Under the pieces are notes generated by a model. That model had not been told where the DNA came from, did not search any database, and saw nothing but the letters and a program-made list of their open reading frames with translations. A stretch of DNA of 64,000 nucleotides, taken from the NCBI GenBank assembly GCA_950097015.1, contig CATNEN010000039.1, positions 19,282,001 through 19,346,000 of the forward strand, in the 5' to 3' direction. The translations under genes were made by a program, and so were the position numbers. Origin of the DNA: Macrostomum hystrix. Lineage: Eukaryota > Animalia > Platyhelminthes. Below are positions 25,239 through 37,931 of this stretch, piece by piece; position 1 is the first letter of the stretch, and each line of letters begins with the position of its first letter.

Positions 25239-27641
25239 ATGTTGTGCTGCGGAATCAAGTGAGTTTAGTTGCATATTGAGTCATTGAATGTCTTAAATGT
25301 CTTTAAAATTTCAGGCTTTTGATTGGGATACTTCCGCATTTTCCAAACTTCCATAAATATCTCACGATAACTAGTGGAATAGATAATAACAGATTTAGAT
25401 TATCCTAATCTCGATAGAGGATTCCTGCCAATCCAGGATCTTCCTGATTCCCAATGGAGGACAGCGTTCATTTGCCCGAACCTTTAATCATTCTGAAGGC
25501 TGAAGCGGCGAGGCAATGCCGACAAGAGCTCCTCGAACAAGCCGAAGGACGCCGCCGAGGAGCAGGCAGGCGATGCCGACGCCATCACCGACCCGTTTGT
25601 GAAGGAGATTCTGGAGGCGCACAATAAGTACAGGGCGCACCACCAGACCCCGGCATTGGCCTACAGCGCCGAGCTCACGAGAGGCGCCCAGAAGTGGGCC
25701 GACGAGATTGCGGCCCGCGACCGTCTGGACCACGACCCGGAGTGCCAGAGTAACTTCGTTGGCGAGAATGTGGCCATGAAGTACAGCTCTGCGCACACCA
25801 ACTTCCCCGGTGAGTCACCAGCACCCTGCACAACTCCAGCACCCTGCACAACTCCAGCACCCTGCACAACTCCAGCACCCTGCACAACTCCAGCACCCTG
25901 CACAACTCCAGCACCCTGCACAACTCCAGCACCCTGCACAACTCCAGCACCCTGCACAACTCCAGCACCCTGCACAACTCCAGCACCCTACACAACTCCA
26001 GCACCCTGCACAACTCCAGCACCCTACACAACTCCAGCACCCTGCACAACTCCAGCACCCTGCACAACTCCAGCACCCTGCACAACTCCAGCACCCTGCA
26101 CAACAACTCCAGCACCCTGCACAACTCCAGCACCCTGCACAACTCCAGCACCCTGCACAACTCCAGCACCCTGCACAACTCCAGCACCCTGCACAACTCC
26201 AGCACCCTGCACAACTCCAGCACCCTGCACAACTCCAGCACCCTGCACAACTCCAGCACCCTGCACAACTCCAGCACCCTGCACAACTCCAGCACCCTGC
26301 ACAACTCCAGCACCCTGCACAACTCCAGCACCCTGCACAACTCCAGCACCCTGCACAACTCCAGCACCCTGCACAACTCCAGCACCCTGCACAACTCCAG
26401 CACCCTGCACAACTCCAGCACCCTGCACAACTCTAGCACCCTGCACAACTACCGAACGCTGCACAATTAGCAAGCCCGCACAATTGGACATTGCTTATTT
26501 AAACGCTAAAATGCATGAAATAAACTCATTTCTAATATCAAACTATCAAACTCGTAGGCACTTCGTTTGTTGACTCCTGGTACAGCGAGGCCTCTGACTA
26601 CAAATTCGACGGCACAGAGGATCAGATTGAGTGCGGTAAGCTTTGGTCTGGAATCTATATTAATCATCTATGAAATTGTTTGTATATATATTATTACAAT
26701 CTTTTTCGTGCACTCCAGGCCATTTCACCCAGGTGGTTTGGAAGGCCTCGAAAGAGGCCGGCTTCGGTCGCTCGGTATCCAAGACAAACAAAGTCTACGT
26801 GGTTGGTCGCTACCGGCCCGCTGGCAACTACACTGGCGAGTTCACCCGCAATGTCCTGCCGCCGCTTGATGGCAAAGTGCTGCACCCGACACCAGACACT
26901 AGTGAGCTCAGCGGAACTGAATCTTACTGAAGCAACGAAATTAACAGCACTGATGTCTATTAGAGCTGGCTTTTTACCTGTAACTGGATAGTGGGTGTTA
27001 GACAGTGGATAGTGGGTGTTAGACAGTGGATAGTGGGTGTTAGACAGTGGACAGTGGGTGTTAGACAGTGGATAGTGGGTGTTAGACAGTGGACAGTGGG
27101 TGTTAGACAGTGGACAGTGGGTGTTAGACAGTGGACAGTGGGTGTTAGACAGTGGACGGTGGGTGTTAGACAGTGGACAGTGAGTGTTAGACAGTGGACA
27201 GTGGGTGTTAGACAGTGGACAGTGGGTGTTAGACAGTGGACAGTGGGTGTTAGACAGTGGACAGTGGGTGCAAAGGCAGTACCTGTGAGACAGGTGGTAC
27301 CTGTTAGATGTCCTTAGGTAGTAACTATTATCACAAAACCTGTTACACAATCTGTTAGGCAGTATGTTAGAAAATATGTTAGACAACCTGTTAGGCAGTA
27401 TGTTAGAAACCTGTTATGCACAGCCCATCCCTCAAAATCCACAGCCAAGATCGCGTCAACCGCCAGCCCGAAGGTCGAGCCAGTCATTGGGCCGGATCAT
27501 CCAGACGATCTTCTCATCGAGACCCAGACAGTCACCAAGACTGTCGGCTCCAAGAAGGTTGTCAGCATCACGGAGACCTACCGCATGCCAGACGGCAAGA
27601 ACTACACCAAGACTAAGGAGACCATCACTACAGCCAGTTAA
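25239..27641 (+). CDS. CAP/SCP/TAPS-domain protein, intracellular GAPR-1 (GLIPR2)-like / group 2 VAL-like
   Basis: Approximate exons in consistent phase: 25239-25258 (MLCCGIK), 25499-25809, 26558-26635, 26719-26901, 27424-27641. Motifs LEAHNKYRAHHQTPAL, AQKWAD, GENVA, VDSWYSE, GHFTQVVWK, VVGRYRPAGN. No signal peptide; C-terminal VTKTVGSKKVVSITETYRMPDGKNYTKTKET tail. Confidence 0.9.
25817..26450. repeat. 18-bp minisatellite (ccagcaccctgcacaact)n in CAP gene intron
   Basis: About 35 units starting just after the gtgagt donor at 25810. Confidence 0.97.
26985..27270. repeat. 21-bp minisatellite (gtgggtgttagacagtgga(c/t)a)n in CAP gene intron
   Basis: About 13 tandem units. Confidence 0.95.
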
Positions 27642-28229
27642 ACTTCGGCTGTTTTGGCCATTTTTTGACTGAGGAACAAAAATCACTGTGAAAAAAGCCA
27701 GGTAGATTGCTGAGTAGATTCTTGATTGAATGAAAAGTTCAGAATTAATAATTCAATGTATTAGTCATAATAACTAGAATTTCAACAATTTATTTTTATT
27801 TCGTTTCGTTCGCTCCTACTAGTGGTGATTGATATTTATTTACTTATCTAATGCTTCTCCACTATTCTTAGAGATGCCTGTTCTTTATTCATTTGCATCT
27901 AGCAGTTTTTTCTCATTGCCAAGAGCTGATAGCACTTGCCAAACGAAATTCGCCATTCGGGCTCATCAATATCTGTACTTTTTATTCGCGGGCTCCGGTA
28001 ATTCTTTGCACTTTTAAAACATATTTATGCGCAAACCAGATACTGTCTTGTTTTGAAGCCGGTAGAAGATTTCATTGTTGATGTTCTCTTGCTGATGTAC
28101 GCCTTACCTACCCGTGAGTAAAACTGGTCGACTTGAAAACCCGATGAGTTTTATATATTTCATTTTTTGCCAAGCGGCCTTGCACATTCTCGCTGTAGAT
28201 TACTAATAGTAGATGAAACGCACATGTCA

Positions 28230-30483
28230 CTGCTGTAAACCTAATGCTGTAGAATTCAGGCTGTAAACCTGATGCTGTAGAATTCATGCTTTAAACCTGG
28301 TGCTGTAGAATTCAGGCTGTAAACCTAATGCTGTAGAATTCATGCTTTAAACCTGGTGCTGTAGAATTCAGGCTGTAAACCTGTAGAATTCAGGCTGTAA
28401 ACCTGATGCTGTAGAATTCATGCTTTAAACCTGATGCTGTAGAATTCAGGCTGTAAACCTGTAGAATTCAGGCTGTAAACCTGATGCTGTAGAATTCATG
28501 CTTTAAACCTGATGCTGTAGAATTCAGGCTGTAAACCTGATGCTGTAGAATTCAGGCTGTAAACCTGTAGAATTCAGGCTGTAAACCTGATGCTGTAGAA
28601 TTCATGCTTTAAACCTGATGCTGTAGAATTCAGGCTGTAAACCTGATGCTGTAGAATTCATGCTTTAAACCTGATGCTGTAGAATTCAGGCTGTAAACCT
28701 GATGCTGTAGAATTCATGCTTTAAACCTGATGCTGTAGAATTCAGGCTGTAAACCTGATGCTGTAGAATTCAGGCTGTAAACCTGATGCTGTAGAATTCA
28801 TGCTTTAAACCTGATGCTGTAGAATTCAGGCTGTAAACCTGGTGCTGTAGAATTCATGCTTTAAACCTGATGCTGTAGAATTCATGCTTTAAACCTGATG
28901 CTGTAGAATTCAGGCTGTAAACCTGATGCTGTAGAATTCAGGCTGTAAACCTGATGCTGTAGAATTCATGCTGTAAACCTGATGCTGTAGAATTCAGGCT
29001 GTAAACCTGATGCTGTAGAATTCAGGCTGTAAACCTGATGCTGTAGAATTCAGGCTGTAAACCTGATGCTGTAGAATTCAGGCTGTAAACCTGATGCTGT
29101 AGAATTCAGGCTGTAAACCTGATGCTGTAGAATTCAGGCTGTAAACCTGATGCTGTAGAATTCAGGCTGTAAACCTGATGCTGTAGAATTCAGGCTGTAA
29201 ACCTGATGCTGTAGAATTCAGGCTGTAAACCTGATGCTGTAGAATTCATGCTTTAAACCTGATGCTGTAGAATTCATGCTTTAAACCTGATGCTGTAGAA
29301 TTCATGCTTTAAACCTGATGCTGTAGAATTCAGGCTGTAAACCTGTAGAATTCAGGCTGTAAACCTGATGCTGTAGAATTCAGGCTGTAAACCTGATGCT
29401 GTAGAATTCAGGCTGTAAACCTGATACTGTAGAATTCAGGCTGTAAACCTGATGCTGTAGAATTTATGCTTTAAACCTGGTGCTGTAGAATTCAGGCTGT
29501 AAACCTGATGCTGTAGAATTCATGCTTTAAACCTGGTGCTGTAGAATTCAGGCTGTAAACCTGTAGAATTCAGGCTGTAAACCTGGTGCTGTAGAATTCA
29601 GGCTGGTGCTGTAGAATTCAGGCTGGTGCTATAGAATTCAGGCTGTAAACCTGGTGCTGTAGAATTCAGGCTGTAAACCTGATGCTGTAGAATTCATGCT
29701 TTAAACCTAATGCTGTAGAATTCAGGCTGTAAGCCTGTAGAATTCAGGCTGTAAACCTGATGCTGTAGAATTCATGTTTTAAACCTGATGCTGTAGAATT
29801 CAGGCTGTAAACCTGGTGCTGTAGAATTCAGGCTGTAAACCTGATGCTGTAGAATTCATGCTTTAAACCTGGTGCTGTAGAATTCAGGCTGTAAACCTGT
29901 AGAATTCAGGCTGTAAACCTGATGCTGTAGAATTCATGCTTTAAACCTGGTGCTGTAGAATTCAGGCTGTAAACCTGTAGAATTCAGGCTGTAAACCTGG
30001 TGCTGTAGAATTCAGGCTGGTGCTGTAGAATTCAGGCTGGTGCTATAGAATTCAGGCTGTAAACCTGGTGCTGTAGAATTCAGGCTGTAAACCTGATGCT
30101 GTAGAATTCAGGCTGTAAACCTGATGCTGTAGAATTCAGGCTGTAAACCTGATGCTGTAGAATTCAGGCTGTAAACCTGATGCTGTAGAATTCAGGCTGT
30201 AAACCTGATGCTGTAGAATTCATGCTTTAAACCTAATGCTGTAGAATTCAGGCTGTAAGCCTGTAGAATTCAGGCTATAAACCTGATGCTGTAGAATTCA
30301 TGTTTTAAACCTGATGCTGTAGAATTCAGGCTGTAAACCTGGTGCTGTAGAATTCAGGCTGTAAACCTGGTGCTGTAGAATTCAGGCTGTAAACCTGATG
30401 CTGTAGAATTCAGGCTGTAAACCTGGTGCTGTAGAATTCAGGCTGTAAACCTGGTGCTGTAGAATTCAGGCTGGTGCTGTAGC
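28230..30483. repeat. 28-bp satellite (gctgtaaacctgatgctgtagaattcag)n, ~2.25 kb, with an EcoRI site in nearly every unit
   Basis: About 80 units with recurrent variants (caggctgt/catgcttt, ctga/ctgg, shortened units). Confidence 0.97.
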
Positions 30484-31160
30484 ACCCAACGTGTAAATCC
30501 GATAGAATTCTTAGGCCAGTCTTCTGGCTTTCGTCAAATAATGACTCAATCTCTATTACTTGAAGGTTGAATTCAGTAAATTGATTCCGTTCTCTTGCGC
30601 TCTGAAATCGTGACTGCGCATTGGAACGGAACTGTTAGATTTAGTTCTCAATTTCCTGATTTGATGCATCCGAAGCTCTAAAAGAATTTGCTCTGTAGAA
30701 AATGAAATTCTAGCTTAGTGTGCAACACGGTCGAAATATTGTTTGCGTGTATCGACTGCCAGAATTTGAGTATGATGGCTCGATTATTAAAGTTCACAAA
30801 TAACTTTCAATTTTATTTTAGGCGCACAACAATTAGCTCATTCTCGGATGTTTAGAATTCGTTACTCTGCGTCATCACAACACTTCTATCCTAGCTGTTG
30901 CCGGTACCATTTTTACACTTTATTTTAACATCACAGAGCTCATAGAAATAAAGTGTTTTGCTTGAGTGAAAAGTGAAAAGTTTTAAAACCAAATCTAGAT
31001 CGCACAGATCAATTGCTAATTATGAGTAGTATAATTAGTGTAGCATCTAGCTGACAGGTGCGCGCATTGTTTAGGCGAAAAATAATAGAAAGTGTGCTGA
31101 AAATCTGAAACGTGTCGTTCGATCTCGGTCAAATATTCACTTTAAACCTGCATGCAGTTA

Positions 31161-32363
31161 TCAAATTCTTGAGTCCGCGCGGTCACTGCTCACCAGCAGT
31201 GGATCATTTGAGGAGGCCTGATCCGACAGCATTGACGGCTGCAGCTCCGACATTTGCAGCGCCTCCTGTTCGCGGAAGGCCCGCTGCGCCCTTAGCGGCA
31301 TGGTCGGCGTCGCAAGTCCGAGCTCTCCGGCCTCGTTCTCAGCCTCCGCAACGGCGGCCGGCGTGTTCACCTGGGCCGGCATGCAGCAGCCGCAGCAGGT
31401 GGGCAGGAGACTGCGAAATTCACACTGAAAATTGGCGTTCATCCAGCCGTATAGGAATGGGTTGTAAATCACAGAGCTCATCGCCAGCACGTGGCACACA
31501 AAGAACAGGCACTGGAAGGTGCGCTCTTCAACCAGGCCGGTGTCCTTGGCTATCCACAGCAGGTTCAGCGGAATCCAGCTCAGCACAAAGATGCCCACCA
31601 TAGCAATTAGCATGCGGTTGGTTCGCCGCTTGCGTTTGATGTCTATGGCCTCCTTCATGCGCGACCGTCTGGCCGCCAGGTGGCTGCGATGGCGCCGGCT
31701 GAGGCTGGCGCTGACCCTGGCGTAGCAGACGGTGATGACCGAGCATGGCACCAGGAACTGGAGCACGAAGCTGATCACGGTGAACACAGCTCTGTACTCG
31801 CTCTTCCAGTCTTCCACGCAGCTTACCCGGCTGTGATCGTCCGAGGTCTTTGTCTTCTGGAACACGGCGATTGGCGCACTGATAAGGATTGCGACCAGCC
31901 ACACGACGGCGACAACCAGTAGGCAGAGGCCCGAACGCATTCTGGGCACAAAGGGATGAACGATAACGAAGTAGCGGTCCATGGCGATGGCCGTACAGGT
32001 CAGGGTGGAGACATAGACAGTGACTCCCATTGTCATGGGCATCAGTTTGCACAGGGCGCCTGGCAGGGTCCAGCTCTCCATGAAGATTGCGGCCGGTGTT
32101 AGCGGCACGTTCACCGCGCTCATGATGATGTCGGAGATGGCCAGGTTGGTGATGAACAGGTTGGTGATTGTCTGCATTGTGCGTTTGCGCAGCACAACGA
32201 ACGCCACCATTGCGTTGCCAACGATGCCAAGGCAGCCAATCACAGCGTAGCAGGTGATAATTAGCATCCGCAGCCAGAGCGGCTGCAGCAAGTGGTTGCT
32301 GACCCAGACCGCCACATCCTGGCCTTGGTTGCTACGGTTGCTACGAGCGCCCTCAGTGGCCAT
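31161..32363 (-). CDS. Rhodopsin-class neuropeptide GPCR (sNPF / PrRP / NPY-F receptor-like), single coding exon
   Basis: Seven hydrophobic helices; GN in TM1, TNLFITNLAISD, CKLMP, VYVSTLTCTAIAMDRY, RKRRTNRMLIAMV, SWIPLN, NPFLYGWMN. Start taken at MATEG, 16 nt after a ttttcag acceptor. Confidence 0.93.
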   Translation of the reverse strand: MATEGARSNRSNQGQDVAVWVSNHLLQPLWLRMLIITCYAVIGCLGIVGNAMVAFVVLRKRTMQTITNLFITNLAISDIIMSAVNVPLTPAAIFMESWTLPGALCKLMPMTMGVTVYVSTLTCTAIAMDRYFVIVHPFVPRMRSGLCLLVVAVVWLVAILISAPIAVFQKTKTSDDHSRVSCVEDWKSEYRAVFTVISFVLQFLVPCSVITVCYARVSASLSRRHRSHLAARRSRMKEAIDIKRKRRTNRMLIAMVGIFVLSWIPLNLLWIAKDTGLVEERTFQCLFFVCHVLAMSSVIYNPFLYGWMNANFQCEFRSLLPTCCGCCMPAQVNTPAAVAEAENEAGELGLATPTMPLRAQRAFREQEALQMSELQPSMLSDQASSNDPLLVSSDRADSRI

Positions 32364-33484
32364 GGAAACTTGGCTCGGGGCTGAAAATGTGAACATTGAG
32401 AACGTTTTTGTTGTTGAGCTATGTCGAGCCCATTAGTTATCTAATTAGAGTCTCGAAGCAGATCAAGGATGAATGATTTCAGCACAGCGGCTTCAAACAG
32501 AGGGTAAGGCTTGCGTTTTTTAATAACAAAATAGCAGCAGCATTGAGGCCTCGTAACTTACAGATCAGGGGCTATAAGTTCTGGCCTCAGAAATCCTTTA
32601 TTTTATGAACCAGCTTTGTCTTACGATAGGTCAAACCTGCAGGCCTGGTTTCGTCACAATCAGCATATTGAAGGTCTTCAAAGCGAAGCCTCGCCGATGC
32701 AATCTGTTTTCACGCGAGCAACATTTTCTTAGCGAAACTTACCCGCGAACCTTCTAGTCCTGACAGAAGGAGGCTTCCGTTTGCGTGCACAGAATGAAGC
32801 AGAGCTGGGGGAGCGGGAAATCTTTTTGAAGTTTTTTTGGGGAAAAAATTTCTTATTTGCACCAAGGCAGGCTAGTATTTCGCAGTGTCTGGCCAATCAG
32901 AATGCGTCTAGCTGCGTGATCTCGAGCAGGATCAGAGAAAGGAGGATGGAATAGAGAGGCGGTGCCTGCTTCATTTTCATTTTTTCTGTCTGTCATTTTT
33001 AATGACGTCGTGGCTTTTTAATTAACTTTTTTTTTTAGAAAGACGCCTGTACACTGTACTTATAGATTTGCTATGTAAAAGCAATCACGATAATGAAACA
33101 TATTATTGCAACATCTCCAGGTGTGTCCGGATTGACATCTATATTCGCTGTATTAGGTGTTAGTCCAAAGCCTAATCCACTAGCGATAATCCGACTCGGC
33201 AATTTTATTAACATGAGTCGGGGCATGAAATCTCGGGGAAGTGAACTTGTGCACAATATCGAAAATAAAAAATATATTCACAACTAAATTTAGGTTTCAA
33301 AGAAGTCAACAGATCACACGCAACTGAACACAGATTTTTAATTTCGGTATTGCCGGGAAGGGATTTTTTAATTTGCCGGCTGCTGCGGATAGCCTAGCGG
33401 TATTTAGTTATTAAGTAGCACGTAAGTAGCGTGTCGTGTAAGTAGCGTAAAACATAGAAACTGAAGCCTGCTGTTCTCTGCCTG

Positions 33485-33938
33485 TTGGAATGACACCCAG
33501 TCTGTCAGAAGGACACCTTGTCTGTCAGAATGAAATCCTGACTGTCAGAATGAAATCCTGACTGTCAGAATGAAATCCTGACTGTCAGAATGAAATCCTG
33601 ACTGTCAGAATGAAATCCTGACTGTCAGAATGAAATCCTGACTGTCAGAATGAAATCCTGACTGTCAGAATGAAATCCTGACTGTCAGAATGAAATCCTG
33701 ACTGTCAGAATGAAATCCTGACTGTCAGAATGAAATCCTGACTGTCAGAATGAAATCCTGACTGTCAGAATGAAATCCTGACTGTCAGAATGAAATCCTG
33801 ACTGTCAGAATGAAATCCTGACTGTCAGAATGAAATCCTGACTGTCAGAATGAAATCCTGACTGTCAGAATGAAATCCTGACTGTCAGAATGAAATCCTG
33901 ACTGTCAGAATGAAATCCTGACTGTTTGAATGACACCC
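33485..33938. repeat. 20-bp minisatellite (ctgtcagaatgaaatcctga)n
   Basis: About 20 perfect units with degenerate units on both flanks. Confidence 0.96.
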
Positions 33939-34304
33939 TCTCAATTGCAATTAAATTCAGCAGCAAATAATTTGCATAATAATTTACAATTAGCACAGCC
34001 ATGGCAGCACCTGCGCCAGCAGCCTTCAACTCCTTGACTTAATTAATGCGGCATCGAGGCCATGTCTGTTTGAGCATGCTCAAACATCAGCATCAGGTGC
34101 AACGAGTAGCATTGAACGACTTCGACCGCTCATCCTCGCACTTGATAGCAATTTTTAAATGTAGTGAAAGTGGACAGAAAAGAGACGCATAAAACGAATA
34201 TTCTTATAGAGATTGCTAACACCTGCTTTTCATTACCGCAGGAAACTAAAACTGTACTCATGTACCACTATCAGCTGGCTTGGCTCAAATCCGAACGTCA
34301 CGAA

Positions 34305-34672
34305 TCTGTTAGTCAACACCTGTTAGACTTCACCTGAGAAACATCACCTGCTAGACATCACAGATTAGACATCGCCTGTTAGACATCATAGATTAGACAT
34401 CGCCTGTTAGACATAATCTGTTACATTTAAATATAACCTGTTAGACATCACCTGTTAGACATTATCTTTTAAATGTAAATATAAACTGTTGGACATTACC
34501 TGTTAGACATCACCGATTAGAAATGACTTGTTAGACATCACCTGTTACATGTAGATATAACCTGTTAGACATCACCTGTTACATGTAGATATAACCTGTT
34601 AGACATCACCTGGTTAGAAATTACCTGTTACATGTATAAATAACAGGTTAGACATTACCTGTTAGACATTAC
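34305..34672. repeat. Degenerate ~14-bp repeat (cctgttagacatca)n
   Basis: Recurring tgttagacat core. Confidence 0.85.
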
Positions 34673-34981
34673 ATTTATAGTTCTAATACATGGATTGTTA
34701 TAACAGCGCTTGAAACTAGAAAATGTTGTGCCATGAAACGGGGTATGCTCAAAGTATGTAATCTAAGCGGACACTTATTTAAAGCCAATAAAAAGATCCT
34801 CTTTGGCAGTTCTTAACTAGAGCACTTCACTATTCAGCTTACCTCAAAGAACTCTATGGCACAGAATTCTAGAAAGCAAAAAACGATTTGAGCACGAATT
34901 TTAAGCAGTAAGTTGAAGGTGAGCAATATTTAGGGACTAACCTAATTTGGCACAGCTGGCTGAGGCAGTAGACGCCAAGGA

Positions 34982-36553
34982 ATGCAGGCCGCAACGTCTT
35001 CAACGGTGCCCCATTCAGCGTCAACATCCTGCGAAGAAATCGAATCTAGCGACTTTGAGGACGACTCCGGGGCAATGCCAGACGACCGGAATATGAATAT
35101 CGGCAGGTCCTTGAGCCCAACCAGCGGTAAGTGGAGCAGATTTGATGTACAATACAAACGAACATAAAAGTGAAATTGTGAAACATTTTTTTATGTCAGC
35201 GGATTGTCTCTTACTCATTCAGTCACTCATTCAGTCACTCATTCAGTCACTCATTCAGTCACTCATTCAGTCACTCATTCAGTCACTCATTCAGTCACTC
35301 ATTCAGTCACTCATTCAGTCACTCATTCAGTCACTCATTCAGTCACTCATTCAGTCACTCATTCAGTCACTCATTCAGTCACTCATTCTTACTCACTCAT
35401 TCCAGTTGACCCTTGGTCTTTGTGCACAGATGCTTACACAGTTTTACGCTCAGTAAGCATCTAAGCATCTAAGCATCTAAGCATCTAAGCATCTAAGCAT
35501 CTAAGCATCTAAGCATTAAATAAACATCAGGGCAGTTCTCTAAGCCTTTTCTCAGCGGCTGCGCCCAAAATCAGTGTGACCTCGCCGTGGATTTGAGCTC
35601 GCGGACAATGGCTTAAGAGTCAGTACACAACTAAATAAAGAAGCCCTAAATTTCGCAACGTCAGGCGTTCCTGCGAACCTTAATAATAATAACAACGAGG
35701 CTGTGACCCGCAGCCAGCGAGGTGGCAATTCTGCCCATTTCACTGACTCCTGAGCACACACGCACACAGATACCGTAAGCAGGCACACACTCACACAGGT
35801 GTGTACATCTGCCCTGACTTTCTCATCGTCAGGCAGTGTACACTATCACTGTGCGTTGGAGATTGGCCCTCAAGCGCGTAAATTGCAAGACAAGCCCCCA
35901 AGCCTTCTCTCCGCCGCTGCGCCCCAAATAAATGTGGCTTCACTGCGGAATCGAAGTCAGGGACCTTGGTGCGAGAAGCGACCAGGTTAACCGCTGCGCC
36001 ACTCACCTCATACGAAGCTTGGAGCTAAGATTCCTGGAGCTAAAACGCCTTATATTCGTCGCTATGAAAAAAGCGTTTATAAAATTTAATGCATGCATGC
36101 GTTTTTGTCAGTAGCTCACCAAATAAAACTAATAAAAAACCTGATAATATTGAACTTTGAACAGTACGAAACAGCAGTGATGGCCTGTCACAACCCAGCG
36201 GCCAAGTGCCTTCATCGACACCCGCCACAATCATAGCTACCACAAGTCCCGTCAAGGCCACGCTAGTCGCTGCCGCTCCAGCTGCTGAGGTGCCCTTGCG
36301 GCCGCGGAAGCGATGGAGGCAGCGACGGCATCGTGGAAGCAGGCCATCGCAGCAGGCGTCGTCCATGACAACGGAGTCGGTGATCACTGCTCAGCAGAGT
36401 TTTAACAGTTCGCATCGTTGCTTTAACCGCAGCGACGATGGCACAGCCTCGGATGACCGGAAGACGCACTGGATTTGCCGGCCCAGCGAGACAATATGTT
36501 CCCAGCAAAATAGCAACAAAATTGAATGTACCAGCAGCAGCAGTCGCGATTAA
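34982..36553 (+). CDS. Putative two-exon low-complexity ORF of unknown function (may be the 3' part of a larger gene)
   Basis: GC-rich exon-like blocks 34982-35126 (ending G|gtaag) and 36166-36553 (after an aacag acceptor) join in phase; no recognisable domain. Confidence 0.3.
35210..35516. repeat. 12-bp (actcattcagtc)n array and adjacent 8-bp (ctaagcat)n array
   Basis: Arrays at 35210-35390 and 35454-35516. Confidence 0.95.
35700..36006 (-). mobile_element. SINE family 2 copy
   Basis: Full-length reverse-strand copy with an (aat)n tail near 35680-35695; a partial head-like fragment also lies at ~35540-35620. Confidence 0.82.
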
Positions 36554-36632
36554 GACCTCAGTTTTATCTGTTGCACAGTTTTATTCTTTTTTTGCTTGAA
36601 CCAAATAAACGATCAGTTTATTTTCTCTAAAC

Positions 36633-37090
36633 CAGGGATCGGCAAACTTATTAGCTAGCGGGCGAAAGAGAGAACCTAAAAGTCGACAGCGGGCCGCATT
36701 GACTTTAGAAATATGAGGCTGGTAGAGATAAAACAGAGAAGAGATGACAAGGAGAGATGAGAAACAGGAGACTTGGGACACGGGATAGATGAGACACATG
36801 AGAGATGAGACGGGGGAGAGATGAGACACTGGAGAGATGAGACACAGGAGAGATGAGACACATGAGAGATGAGACAGGGGAGAGATGAGACAGGGGAGAG
36901 ATAAGACACTGGAGAGATGAGACACAGGAGAGATAAGACAGGGGAGAGATGAGACATTTAAGAGATGAGACGCGGGAGAGATGAGACACAGGAGAGATGA
37001 AACAGGATATTGTAGGTGTCGGAAGGGACAACGGGCCGGATTTGGGAGCTTCGAGGGCCGCATCTGGCCCGCGGGCGGTACCACTGCTCT
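36633..37090. mobile_element. hAT-like MITE remnant enclosing a GA-rich ~16-bp minisatellite
   Basis: Left end cagggatcggcaaac...gcgggccgca and right subterminal gggccgcatctggcccgcggg...ccactgctcta resemble hAT-type MITE ends; (gagagatgagacac)n at 36735-37000. Confidence 0.5.
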
Positions 37091-37744
37091 AAACGCTTTG
37101 CAACAGTAATAAAGTTCCTAACCATAATTAATGTAACCCTACAGTGCATGGATGCTTCATCTATCTTGATAATATGATGATTTAGATGTCTATCGTTTTT
37201 ATTCAAAACGAATGCGCGCTCAATAATATCGGATCAAACATTTTCAACACGATCTCTGACCTTAGTAATACTCATAAATACACTGTAAATTGAGCATATG
37301 CTCATCATCTACTACACATTTGTCTAGTCCGTAGTGTCCAGTTCTGTCCGGAATGCAAGATGTCTTTGAAAGTCTCTTATTGGATGCTGAGCACATACGA
37401 GCTAGCAACGACGTCTCAATTCTATGAAAATTATTTTGTGGGGCCAATGGTGGAGTTAGTTTGCAAAAATATTCCAATAGCCTGTCATATTTGACTTAAG
37501 TGGCGATATTTTTAAGAAAAGTTCCTTTAAAATAGTCAGCAAACAAAGCTACAAGTATATTCTCAACAGACAGCTAAACATTGAAACGCTTCAATGGGAT
37601 TGCAACTTCCATTAGCCATCAGTTTGTGCTGTCTAATTCAGCTGACTGCTGCCAACGACATGGGTAAGAAGGTCCTGCTCAGCAGTAGTATTTTATTGTA
37701 TTCTGTACTATGCTAATCCTTGTAAAATATTCATTAAGAGTTGA

Positions 37745-37931
37745 TGGACCACGGGGATATTTCAAATACCCACTGCCTACGTCACAATAGCTCACGAACC
37801 GAATGACCGATTGTTTCATCGGATAGAGCGGAAAATTTAGCCAGTATCCTGGATTTTCATGGCGATTGATTAAAGATTTTAGGAGATACAGAAAATAGAA
37901 AAAAGTCTGTATTTGAAATACCCCCATAGTC
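37745..37931. mobile_element. Internally deleted MITE family A copy
   Basis: Inverted ends gaccacggggatatttcaaatacc ... gtatttgaaatacccccatagtc; interior matches the other family A copies. Confidence 0.65.

Noticed and set aside
25599-26573. 324-aa ORF with CAP domain plus PAPCTT mucin-like repeats
   Set aside because: A strong gtgagt donor at 25810 precedes the repeat and the CAP domain resumes in phase at 26558, so the repeat is intronic.
28230-30483. CRISPR-like array
   Set aside because: Contiguous tandem units without unique spacers; eukaryotic context with no cas genes.
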